64,000 nucleotides of DNA from assembly GCA_026770705.1 (NCBI GenBank), contig JANJGN010000026.1, positions 25,234,001 to 25,298,000 on the forward strand. Direction: 5' to 3'. This DNA comes from Isurus oxyrinchus (lineage: Eukaryota). The translations under genes and the position numbers were made by a program. The notes under the pieces were generated by a model, which ran no database searches, was not told the origin of the DNA, and saw nothing but the letters and a program-made list of their open reading frames with translations. This document shows, piece after piece, positions 51,003-62,699 of this stretch (position 1 is the first letter of the stretch; each line of letters begins with the position of its first letter).

Positions 51003-52807
51003 TCACACAAACATGCGTGTTTATCTGTTACAAAATGTGTCCTCTCTCTGAGTCCTCTCTGATTGTCTGTAATTCTTTCTATCCATCCATCCATCCATCC
51101 ATCACAATATTATGATGTGTTGGAGAGATCCTCCAATGAGCTGTTGATGCTAACAGGGTGTCAGAGAAGCTGGATAACTTTTCTTTCCTGAGGGATGGGA
51201 AAAGTTCACATAGGTTCATAACTTGAAAAAATAAAACTGACTCCAGTGCTGTTGCTGGGTAGATTTGTTATAAATATGCCTTGTTGACAATGTTAAGGGT
51301 TTGAAGTTGGCCTGCAGCTAAGCGGTCAGTACTGAGGAAACAGATCTTTGATTTACTGCAGAAACCCCCAGATGCTTCCTGTAAACAACACTGGACATTC
51401 GAGCGTCCCTGACTGCAGCCGGCTGGCCTGCTGCTAAATACTGTGTGGGGCAGATTGGCCTGGATAGGAATGAACAAAATGGGATTTAGCCATTCAAACA
51501 ATAAATCTTTTTGTCGCACACGAAAGGCACTTTTTAATTGGTATTTCATCCAAGGAAATGTTTTAATTAATGCCGTATTCACTGAGATTAAACACGATCT
51601 GGAAATATTAAATTGACCATATATTATTTAATTTATATTATTTTTAAGCAAAGGGCATTCCAGTTATTAAAGCTGGTTTATTAAGAACTTCATGAAGTGC
51701 GAGAGAGCGATGTTGATGGTCCCAATTCCCCAGTCTAATGAGTTGAGTAGAAAGGCAAAAAATTGAAAGGAATTAAATTAAAAGAAAATCATAGAATTGT
51801 CTTGAACCCGCAGGAAGTCCTTGAATATTCTCCGTGTTGTGCACTTCATTTAACCTGAGGGATCTCTTATACCTGATTAGCACCGTGCACTGTACAGTTT
51901 AATTTGTGCTGATTTCAATTATTTAACAGTTCTGTCTTAGCTGTCAATGAGTGGGAAAATGACCAGTTCATGACCTGCTTCAGTGGAAGATAAAACCTTT
52001 ATTCTTGTGACATTCTGTAAAGTCCTGATATCCTGTTTTCCCAATATCAGTGAATGGTAGACAGCCGGTAACCAATCAAATTAGATGAAATGATTTGGAT
52101 GCTGAAGGATAACTGTGCTGATCTCCGTATTCGTTCTGATTCATTAACTTCTCTGTCAAAAGTTGTAAATTTTATGTTTTTCTGTCAACTGTCTGTTTAA
52201 TTATCAGGCAGGCGGGCATCTTTTACCGCTAATTTTCACAGGGAGGCCTTCGGGATGGGGCAGCTCGAGAAATGCAAGGAGAGACATTGTATAATGCGAG
52301 GAGATTCTTCTTATCTCCGGACCCAAATTGTACAGCGACAGCCTACCACACTGTAAGTAGAATCACTTTGTTCATCTCCCGCATTTAGTTACATAAATCA
52401 ATAATAATTCCTATGACTGATACTTTATTGTTGTAATGAGACAGAGACCCGGAGTTGCTGCAAAACAGACTGACAGTCCCTTTATTCCCTAATAATATAA
52501 TTTATTTTTTAAAGTTCCATGCCTTGTGAGGCAGTGTAGAAATAAATGGACTTAATTTACAATGGAATTTTTTTTTTATTAACAGATGTTCAACTGAAAT
52601 TTCACCATGAGAGCCAATGGAGACATTACAATGAATCCATTCAGCCAAATATCCCAATATAGATAAAATGTCCACTTTTAACAATAACCTATTGTAAATA
52701 TCTGAGTCCATTCTGTTGGGGATATGGAAGGTGGGTCATGGATCCAATCGCCGCCTCCACCAGGGAATCAACAGACGGCAACTGGAAACTTGCCCCCTTC
52801 TGCCCGG

Positions 52808-52818
52808 TATTTAAATAC
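52808..52818 (+). promoter_or_regulatory. TATA-like element of the VH promoter
   Basis: GTATTTAAATA about 95 nt upstream of the VH ATG, with a CCAAT at ~52744; assigned by position only. Confidence 0.45.
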
Positions 52819-52906
52819 CACTCACTGGGACCGAAATCCAACAGTCAGGAAGCTGGTTTGTTCACTGAGTTCTGGACAGAATCATTTTCCCTAAGTGATC
52901 AGAAGG

Positions 52907-53424
52907 ATGAGGTCGGCGATTTCTCTCAGTTTGTTGCTGACTTTCTTATCAGGTGAGTAGTTTTTATTGTCCAAGCCTCTCACTGTTACTGTCTCAGTGT
53001 TAACCTCTCTCTGGAATGTTACAGAGTCAGGAATCATTTCACCAGGATTAATCCTCGGCGTTTTTGACATATTTTTACAGGTGTCCTTTCGGATGTTGTG
53101 TGGACTCAGCCAGAGGCAGAGACCGGGCGTCCCGGAGGCTCCCTGAGACTGACCTGTAAAACCAGCGGCTTCGATCTTGGCAGCTATACCATGTATTGGG
53201 CCCAACAGGTTCCCGGGCAGGTTTTGGAGTGACTGGTTAGCTATTTTAGTTCAAAAGGCAATTACTACGCCCCAGGAATTAAGAATCGATTTACTGCGTC
53301 CAAAGACACTTCAAGGAGCATCTTCTCCTTGGATATGAAGAACCTGAAGACTGAAGACACCGCAGCTATTACTGTGCAAAACAGTCACACCGCGAGGAAC
53401 CAGGGCTGGAGCCGAACAAGAACA
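52907..53424 (+). pseudogene. IGHV: Elasmobranch IgM-type VH pseudogene
   Basis: Leader MRSAISLSLLLTFLS 52907-52952; V exon from 53081 reads [46 protein letters not shown] (TGA 53230)..[13 protein letters not shown], 1-nt deletion, YYCAK. RSS CACACCG(53386)-23-ACAAGAACA. Confidence 0.95.
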
Positions 53425-53795
53425 GATCGAGAGGGACTCAACAACTTCCATCATAACCTGACGGTCAGTACTTGTTTTAAATGTAATAGTAACTGTAATG
53501 ATCAGAACCTGACAACAAGCAGCTCCTGACAAAACTAACACAGAGAAATTTTAACAGTAAAACCTAACAAACCAATCGATATAATGGGCTGAGCTTTTGG
53601 CTGTGCTTATATTTATTGTTAACGGTTTCCGCAAGTACAGACCTGGATATAATGTTCATTTTAACATCGCTGAAATTTGGAGGAGGTCTCTGTTAATTTA
53701 TTTTGTAAATTGTTGCATAAAGACTAAACTATACCAGAAGTAAACGTCTATTTGAAGTGAATATTGAGAGGCAGCACTGAACAGAGAGTGGATGC

Positions 53796-53875
53796 AGTTT
53801 TTGTGCGGGTGTATTTCACTGTGGTACTACAGTGGGTCACAGTGCTGTGCACAGCGGCATCCTCATACAAAAACC
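53796..53875 (+). other. IgH D1 segment (53824-53837) with 12- and 22-spacer RSSs
   Basis: AGTTTTTGT-12-CACTGTG | GTACTACAGTGGGT | CACAGTG-22-ACAAAAACC. Confidence 0.95.
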
Positions 53876-54185
53876 TCAGAGAAGGAGTTTGTTCAAATTG
53901 GTGATCAACAATACAGCAGGATCGTCAAAGAAAATGAAATTTAAATAAAATAATGGGTAGAGGTAATATTTGTCTGTAATAAGATATAAAAGTCTTCCAC
54001 TTTGTTCGTGTTGACGGACACGCTAAATCTGCAGAGGTTTAAAAAGTATTTCATTCACGTTTAAAAATATAATGACCAGTACAAGCTGAAATATTTCACT
54101 GATTCACTCTTAAGCGAGTAGGAATCAGTTTTTGGAAAACGCAGTGAGATTACATCTCTGTATTTTAGAGTGAACTGTCTGCCGC

Positions 54186-54254
54186 AGTATTTGACACGGT
54201 GTGTCTCACTGTGATATACTGGATGGCACAGCAGTTACTGTCAATACAAAAACC
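54186..54254 (+). other. IgH D2 segment (54214-54226) with 12/12 RSSs
   Basis: AGTATTTGA-12-CACTGTG | ATATACTGGATGG | CACAGCA-12-ACAAAAACC. Confidence 0.93.
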
Positions 54255-54571
54255 CCTCAGCACTAATTGAGTCTGCCTGGGTCAGTGCTCGCTTTTACAA
54301 TCCAACTATATTTACATTGAAGTCTTTTTTTATGTCCAGCACTGCCCAGAAAACATGGTTTAAGATGGAAAAGCTGTGATAATTATTCATTCATCAGTTG
54401 GTGATTTCAATAACATGTTCATGAAATGTAAAACATGAGGGCCATTGATGAATAGCTAAAGATATCTACAACGCAACTATAATTTCGTGAAGATTCATCG
54501 CGATCTTACTTTGCCTCTGAATTATCAACATTTAAAATAATGGTGGATTTCTGTGTTTTTCTTGCAGCGAC

Positions 54572-54657
54572 AGTTATTGTATGGCATAGTCCAGGGAATG
54601 TAACATGTGACATCATGGGCTACTGGGGACAAGGGACCATGGTGAAGGCGACGGCAG
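54572..54657 (+). other. IGHJ: IgH J segment (54610-54657) with 22-spacer RSS
   Basis: AGTTATTGT-22-ACATGTG, then IMGYWGQGTMVKATA and a GTAAGA donor at 54658. Confidence 0.93.
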
Positions 54658-57600
54658 GTAAGAGCCATGCACTGATTTGGTAATTATTTTATTTGAGTCT
54701 TTGTTTTATATTTTTGTCTATTTTTATAATTCATTTGTTCACTGAAATGTGGGTTTGGTGGATTCTGTATTGAGGTTTTTTAATAATGTTTCATATGATT
54801 CTGATGAAAAAGGTTTTTATAATTTGGCTTTTTCTCGACAAAGAAAGTGCTGCTGAGGGATTCAGTCCCTGGCGGTTGAGATTTGGTGTTTATCTGCTGA
54901 GGATATTGTGCAGCCGGCTACTTGAAATGCCCAACGTCTGTGAAAACAGTTTGACGTATCTGCAATGTTTAATCTCGGTGACATCTAATGGCTGCGGGTT
55001 TTACCATCTACTGCACAATGGTTTAAATATGTTTGAAATCAAACACAATATTAACAAAATATGCTTAAGTTTCAATGTTAATTTATTGAACATGTTTCTA
55101 CTCACAATGCTGTTGACATTATTCCATATTTCTGCTTAATTTAATTATTTATTCATTTGGTGACTAGCGGTTGTTTGGATTCGATATTGAGATTTTCTTG
55201 CAATGTTACATTTGATTCTGTTGGAAGTATTTGTAGAATTGAATTGCTTCTCCATAAAACGGGTTTCAGCCCCTCAGTGATGAGATTTGGTGATTTTCTC
55301 CTAAGGAGATTGTATGTCTGGGTGACTTCGAACAAGTAGAATTTGTGAAACGGTTTGGCGGTTCTGCATTGTTTCTGCATTATTTAAACTTGGTGACGTT
55401 CAGCTGTTATACGTTTTGTGATTGAATGGAAACAGTCTACGCGTTTGCCTGTGCTTGCAGCACGATTGTAGGAATAAACAGGCAGGCTTCAGAAATGGCA
55501 AAAACATTTAAAGATGTGTTAGAACATTTTGTTTTTTATTTTAAGTGAGAACTGCAGATTAAACTAAACCATGGTTTACGGCACTCATTCAGAACACAAT
55601 TCGTTACTGCAATCAGAAACTACATAATTAACAAGTTTTCAAATTGTAGAGTAACATTAATATAATTCAAACAATTATAATGCTGTAATATTTCTTCATA
55701 CTGACTGAACAGATTTCATATTAACATAATTGATCATTAATTGCCTTTCACAATTCTGCTGTGCTCTGCGCACTATTAACATGATCGGAAAAGTTTTTAG
55801 GCTGGAAACATTTTGTGATTATGCATGTAAAAATTTCAAGAAGAATATACTGATTCTGTAGAATTGTTCAGATTCACAAGAGATTTTGAATTACATTTTT
55901 ATATCCCTGATAATCTATGCATTTACTTAAAGAGGAGTTTGACATTGCAGTTTGGCAATATGTCTATTCAGTTATTACATTCTTTCTGTGCAGCCATAAC
56001 CACATTGTTCCCTCAATGTCATTGGGATTTGGATAGTGAAATAACTGTCACTAATCTAGTCTTAAGCAGTTTTCGGGGGGTGGGGGGGGGGGGGGGGGTT
56101 GGAATTTTCTGGCAGTAAAGGAACAATTCTTACATGTTTTTGGAACTTCAGAAGGTTCAAACTGCATGTGATTAGAAATTGACAAGTAAGAGCTTGAAAT
56201 TCGAACAGATTAATTTAGTTGCAAACATTAATATCAGTCTTGAATTTAATAACGACATCCTGTCTCCCATAGCTGTGCTGTACACAGGATAGAATTGTAG
56301 AAGAAGAACGGATTATATCTGAGCTTCATGCTTAATTCCTATTAAATATTAAATTGAAGAACAAAATCTCGAATCAATTTGCTGATTAAATTTCGTTGTC
56401 GAAGGTGATCTGAATGAATTGTTCTCATCAAGTTTTATACTGATCAATTTGGATCTTCTTTCAATGAACAATATATTTAATAATTAAATTATAGGGATTG
56501 TTATCTAGGAAGCACTTCTATTGATAATAAGTAACTGCCAGGAGCATTTTTTTACATATACTTTCGAGTTAAGACAAGTTTGCTTTAGCAAACAGATGAT
56601 GTTACAGCTCATATACAGTTAATGCGGTGTGACCCCGGCCAGACTTGAAAATATTTAAAATATTCCACTCATAAATTCGTCGTGTGAATTACTCGATGAG
56701 AGTAGATGGAATTTATGATTTCTCAATGCATTCAGAAACACGCACAGTTTACAATTGTGTGTTAAAATAGAGCAGTAGAAGCAAAAGTGAAATGGTAAAT
56801 AGTGATTAGATTTAAGTAAAATTGATATACTTGTCTGAATGTTTCCATCTCGTAATTTGAACTTTATTGTTTAACATTGTTTCAGTGTCAGGTTGATTTA
56901 AATAAACCCCAATTATTTCACAAAGTGCCAGGGAGAAGCAACTTTTCAATTATTAAAAACCATTTATTTAATATTGCAGAGTAGGAATCAGCTAACGAGA
57001 AAATGAATTGACAATAACAACATAATTCACTTATAATAAAATATTAGGGATAATTAATTCAACATAAATAAGCAGTTTCCTGGTTATTATAGTGAATGCA
57101 AAATCTCAGCGTGGAGAGAATTTTTATTTGTATCCAAAATGAATTTAGAAAAGAATACTTTTCTTACTCAGCTGTGCTCAACTCTGTAAGTGTTTCATCT
57201 CGATGATTTTATTGATTCTATTTATCCCTAAAATCAAATCAAATCAGTGGGTAATCGGCTTTCAATGTGAATGTTTCCTGATTTGTTTAATTCTTACCCT
57301 GTCATTCAGTCTCTGTTACAGACACCAAATTATCCTGAATCTGTAATATTTGCTGTGTTCATTTTCAGGGTAAATTAAATCCTACACTGTTTGGAGATTT
57401 GAGACAGACAGGGAGAATTAGATGGAGTTCAAAGGGAGTTTTGAAATAAAAATCAGATTAATTTCAAAGAACTTATAGAATAATTGTCGCAAATTGACTC
57501 TTGATCAATTCGAATCAAACAGCTTGAATGAAAGGACAGATTGAACAGATCTATCTGCTGGGAACGGAACTCGATTGTTGCACCATTTGTGATTGTTCTG

Positions 57601-57989
57601 TTTCTGTGCACGTGCTCACTGTGCTGGGACCAGGAATCTTCCTGACTGGTTGTAAACCTTCTGGTTCGCTCTCCTGTATTTCAGGAAGTGCAATTTAATT
57701 TATTTCTTCAAAAAACTTGTATCTGTGAGAAATGTGAAAGTTTGACTTTCTGCCCAGGCGCCTCAGAAATGAGATACCCAACCCATTATGACAGTCAGAA
57801 AGGACAATTCAGAAATGACAGACAGACTGTCGAGGGAGATTCGGTCGATTTTAAATCAATGAAGTACCTATCTTGGGGGTGTTCAGTTAGGCAATGCAAA
57901 GAGTGCTTTATTCCATTTTAATCCGTGCTGTAGCAGTCCTTGGCCTATTTGGTTGGACTGTGTGGAGGAGGAAATTAGCCTGTATCTTA

Positions 57990-58580
57990 TTTTTAAACCT
58001 GTCATAGGATGTTGAGGTCGCTGGCAAGGACAGCATTTGTTGTCTATCCCTAATTACCCCTTGAGGAAGTGTTGAAATGCCGCCTCCTTGAATAGCTGCA
58101 GGTACACTCACAGTGCTGTTAGGTCGGGAGTTCCAGGATTTTGATGTATTCACAGTGAAGGCGCGGTGATATAATTCCAAGTCAGGATGGTGGGTGACTT
58201 GGAGGGGAGTGTACAGGTGGCTGTGTTCCCAAGCACCTGCTGCCCTTGTCATTCTAGTTAGGAGAGGTTTGCTTTTTGAAGGTGCTGCTGAAGGAGCCTT
58301 GGCGAGTTGCTGCAGTGCATTTTGTATATGCTACATACTGCTGCCACTGTGTGGTGGTGGGGGAGGAAGTGAATGTTTAAGGCAGTGGATGGGATACCAA
58401 TTCTGTGGGCTGCTTTGTCCTGGATAGTATCGATTTTCTTGGGGTTTTTTGAAGTTTCACTCATTCAGGCCAGTCCTGACTTGTGCCTTGTAGATGGTGC
58501 ATTGCCTTTGGGTGATACAAGTTGAATTACTCGCCACAGAATTCCCAGCCTCTGATCGGCTCTTGCAGCCACAGCATTTT
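57990..58580 (-). mobile_element. L2/CR1-group LINE 3' fragment
   Basis: KKIDTIQDKAAHRIG..AAVCSIYKMHCSNSPR motif and 3' tail. Confidence 0.78.
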
Positions 58581-59329
58581 TATCAAAACCGGATTGAACC
58601 CTCTCCTGAGCATATTTGACGGGACCATATAGAGGAAGTTTTATTCTATATCAAACCAGTGCTGTACCTGCTTCGGAGTGTTTGACACTTCAGTGGAGTG
58701 TTGGCTTTCTGTTGAATCCCACCCTTGCAGCTGGTGACAGGACTGCACCGGGGGAGGAGTGGGGACTTTAATCCATATCTTAATTTGTCCTGTTCCTGAC
58801 CTGAGAGTCTTTTCCCCACAGAGGTCAAACAAACTGAATCAGCATTGAACTAACTGGCTGTGAGTCCTCGAGCCAGATCTGTGAAAATAAATTGTTCCAT
58901 TGCTCGGTTGAAATGACGCACGTTAATTGTTATTAACAATATTTCTGAAGAAAATATGTATAAATTTTAATGAATTAATTATGTTGAAGCATTTTGAGTA
59001 TCAGAAAATCATTGAATGTGATTGACCTGAACTTGAGCACAATTTCAGAACGAATAGAATCAGGGAGTGACAGTGAGGCTCCAGAGAGCAGCGCCTGTTC
59101 TGATCTGATCAGAGGCTGCGAGTTATTTAAACGATTGAAATGGACAATGACCAGGCTCCCACTCCAAATAACCAGCCGCGGGGGATTTAGGGAAAAGGAT
59201 CCACTATCAAAAACTGAGTCATTGGACTGCTGCCTGCAGGGGGAGGAATGAATGACAGAAATGAGAGCATGAGGTGGACATTCAGCCCTTCGACACTGCC
59301 CTCCATTCAGTAAGATCATGGCTGATCTA

Positions 59330-60130
59330 CCTCGACACACTCAGTCTCCTTACCACACACCCTCACGCACTCACTCTCTCTGTCACACACGCTCTCTCTG
59401 TCACACACACACACTCACATTCTCACTCTCGCACACAAACTCTCTTTAACACGCACACACTCTGTCTCTCACATATTGCCTTTCTCTTTCACGCACACTC
59501 TCATACAGACTTTCACACACATTCTCTCACACACTCTCAACTCTACACACTCTCACACGCGTGCACACTATCTCTCTCACACACATGCAGTCTTTCTTTC
59601 TCACACATGCACTCTGACACACACACACGCACGGGCACACTCCCTCTCTTTTACGCACACCCACTCTCTCACATACATACACCCTCTCTCCCACGCACAT
59701 ACACACTCACACATGCACACACTCTCCATTCTCTCTCTCTCTCTCTCTCTCGCACACACACAGAAACACAAACACATTCCCTCTCACACACACACACGTG
59801 TTCTCTCACATATACACTCTCTCTCATTCTCTCTCTCACACACACACACTCTCTCTGACATGAACACTGGCTCTCTCTTTCACACACTGTTTCTCTCCCA
59901 CACACACACACACACGTTCTCTCTTACACATTCTTTCTCTCCTACACACACATTCTCCATCTCACACACTCTCACACTTATACTCCCTATCTCACACACA
60001 CACGCACACACATGCACACACACACACACACACACTCTGTCTCTCTCTGTCTCTGTGCCTTTCTCTCTCAAAAACACACATACACTTGCATGCTCTCTCG
60101 CTCATGCACACACACATACTCACACACAGA
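59330..60130. repeat. (CA)/(CT) low-complexity tract
   Basis: Direct reading. Confidence 0.9.
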
Positions 60131-60699
60131 AGTGGGCTGAAAATGCCAACTGCAGAATGAAAATCCGTTAAGCTGCATAAATGCTCATTGTTCCATTTCT
60201 GATGCCTTTTTGTGGAAAATGAAATTACACAGGTGATATCACTATATATGTGGGGAATTTCCAAGGGTTGAGCCAAACACAAAGAAACAAGAAAAAGAGT
60301 GGCATGTGATGGAGACCACGGCCACCTGGATCCCCAACACCGGTGCACACTTGGTGCAAGATGCCTGCACGGCCCATCCTGGATTTGCTGTAACCTTCCC
60401 CTCCAGCCCCCTCAGTCTGCCTATTCACGCACTGACACGGGTTTCTCAAAGAAAGGCATTGGCATTAAAGCAGCTGGCCAGCGATCTATACTGCTGCCTG
60501 ACTTTACACAGCCGGTGTTACTGAAAGCTGATCAATATACGGAATCGGGACAGGATCAATGGAGAGGAAGAGGGGGAGGTGGAGGTGGTGGAGCTGAATG
60601 GAGGAGCCCCCAGCTCAATGTGGACAACAGACAATGGAAAGCTGAGCCGGAGTGGAAAATGATCCGGAGAAACATTGCCTTAATGAGCCTTCTGCACCT

Positions 60700-61415
60700 G
60701 GGCACCCTCACTACCCAAAATCACTCACCCTCACTCACCCTCGCTCACTCACCCTCACTCCCTCACCCTCATACACTGGCCATCACTCACTGGCCCTCAC
60801 CCACCCTCGCTCACCCACTCTCACTCCCTCACCCTCATTCACTCACCCATCACTCATGCACCCTCACTCATGCACACTCATTCACCCATCCTCACTCACC
60901 TTCACTCACCCTCATTGACTCACCATCAATTACTCGCTTACCTTCACTCATTCACCCTCACTCACTCACCCATCACTCTCTCACCCATCACTCACAAACC
61001 CTTACACACCTTCACTTCCTCTCACTCACCCTTACACACCCAGCCTCACCCACCCTCACTCACCCACCCTCAGTCACACACCCTCACTCACCCTCACTCA
61101 CCCTTACCCACCAAACCTCATTCACACTTATCCACCCACTGTCACACACCCACTCACCGTCACTCACATACCCACCCTCACATACCCACCAACGCTCACT
61201 TGCCCACTCATCTATCTTCATTCAAACACCCACCCTCACTCACTCATTCATCCTCACTCACTCACATTCAGCCACCCACCCACGCTCACTCACCACCCAC
61301 CCTCACTCACTCCTTCACTCACTCACGCACACCCAATCACTCAGCCACCCACCCTCACTCTGTCACTCAGCCACCCTCACTTTGTCAATCATGCACACGC
61401 TAACTCACTCAATCA
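60700..61415. repeat. CTCA/CACC low-complexity tract
   Basis: Direct reading. Confidence 0.9.
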
Positions 61416-61499
61416 CTTTCCCTAAATCGGTGTGTGGGAGGGTGGGAACTGCGGGGAAGAGAGACCTGGAAGCGAGACCTGAGGCCTAGCAGTCCCGGA

Positions 61500-62480
61500 A
61501 AGTGGAGCATGGTCCAAGGGAGTGGTGAGCATCGGTGGAAAGGGCAGAGAGGCGAGGCTAAAGCGCAGAGAGCCTGGGGGAAAGGGCAGAGAGGTAGGGG
61601 AAGGGAAGAGATTCGGGGAAAGGGGCAGAAATCCAGGAGAAAGTGCCGAGAGATGAGGCAAAGGTCAGCAAGCCGGTGAAAGGGCAGAGAGGCACGAGGG
61701 GGAAAGGGCATAGAGGCGGGAGGGGCTAAGGGCAGAGAGCGGAGTGGGAGGGGGGGTCCAAGGCAGAGAAGTGAGGGGCAGGGGAAGGGCAAAGAGGCAT
61801 AGGGGGAAGGACAGAGCGACCATGGAAAGGGCAGAGAGAGGGGGGAAAGGTCAGAGAGCCGGGCAAAAGCGCATAGAGCCTTGGAGTAAGTGCAGAAACC
61901 TGGGGGAGAAAGGGCAGAGAGCTGGGGGATGAAGGGAGGTGAGGTGATGGAAAGGTCAGCGAACCAGGGAAAAGGTCAGAGAGCCAGGTGAAAGCGCAGA
62001 GAGCTGTGGAGTAAATGAAGAGAGCTGGGTGAGAAAGGACAGTGAGGTGGCGGAGAAAGGGCAGAGAGGCTGGAGGGGGAAAGGGCAGAGAGGCTGGAGG
62101 GGGAAAGGGCAGAGAGGCGGGAGGGGGATAAGGGCAGGTAGGCGGGAGGGAGTAAGGGCAGAGAAGCTGGGGGTAGAAGGGCAAAGGGGAGGCGGAATAG
62201 GCAGAGGGGAGGGGGAAAGGTCAGAGAGGCAGAGGGTAAAGGCAGAGGGGTGTGGGGAATGGGCAGAGGGGAGCGGGGATAGGGCTGAGAGGGGGGAGGG
62301 TAAAGGGCAAAGCGGCAAGGGGAAAGGGAGAGAGGCGGGGGTTGCAGGACAGAAGGTGTGGTTGGGGCTGGCAGAGAGGCGGGGGGAAGGACAGGAAGGC
62401 GGGGATTGGGGGAAGGGCAGAGAGGCGCGAGAAAATGCAGAGAGTCAGGCTATAGCGGGGAGAGCTGGGCAAAAGCAGTT
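61500..62480. repeat. G-rich purine repeat (GGGGAAAGGGCAGAGAGGC-like, ~22-bp units)
   Basis: Direct reading. Confidence 0.85.
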
Positions 62481-62699
62481 GCAAGCCGAAGCCTCAGCTG
62501 CCCTGGGCCCCTATATCTCTATCTCTCTCTCTCTCTACCTCATTCTCTCTTCTCCTCCTGATATGCTTTCCATTCCCAGGGAAAGGCATTAAGTGCCTGG
62601 GATAGAAGGGAGACAATGTCTCCATGCTCTTCCACCCGGCTCTCTGCGCCTTTCTCCAGTGGATGTTCGCTGATGCTCCAGTCACAACCTATTTGTCTC

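Noticed and set aside
53843-53856. GCTGTGCACAGC resembling a heptamer-heptamer signal joint
   Set aside because: It lies inside the 22-nt spacer of the D1 3' RSS; V, D1, D2 and J are all in unrearranged configuration.
59274-62592. Long ORFs of 194-396 aa (His/Thr/Ser/Pro- or Gly/Arg-rich)
   Set aside because: Translations of low-complexity repeats that lack stop codons; no domain signal.
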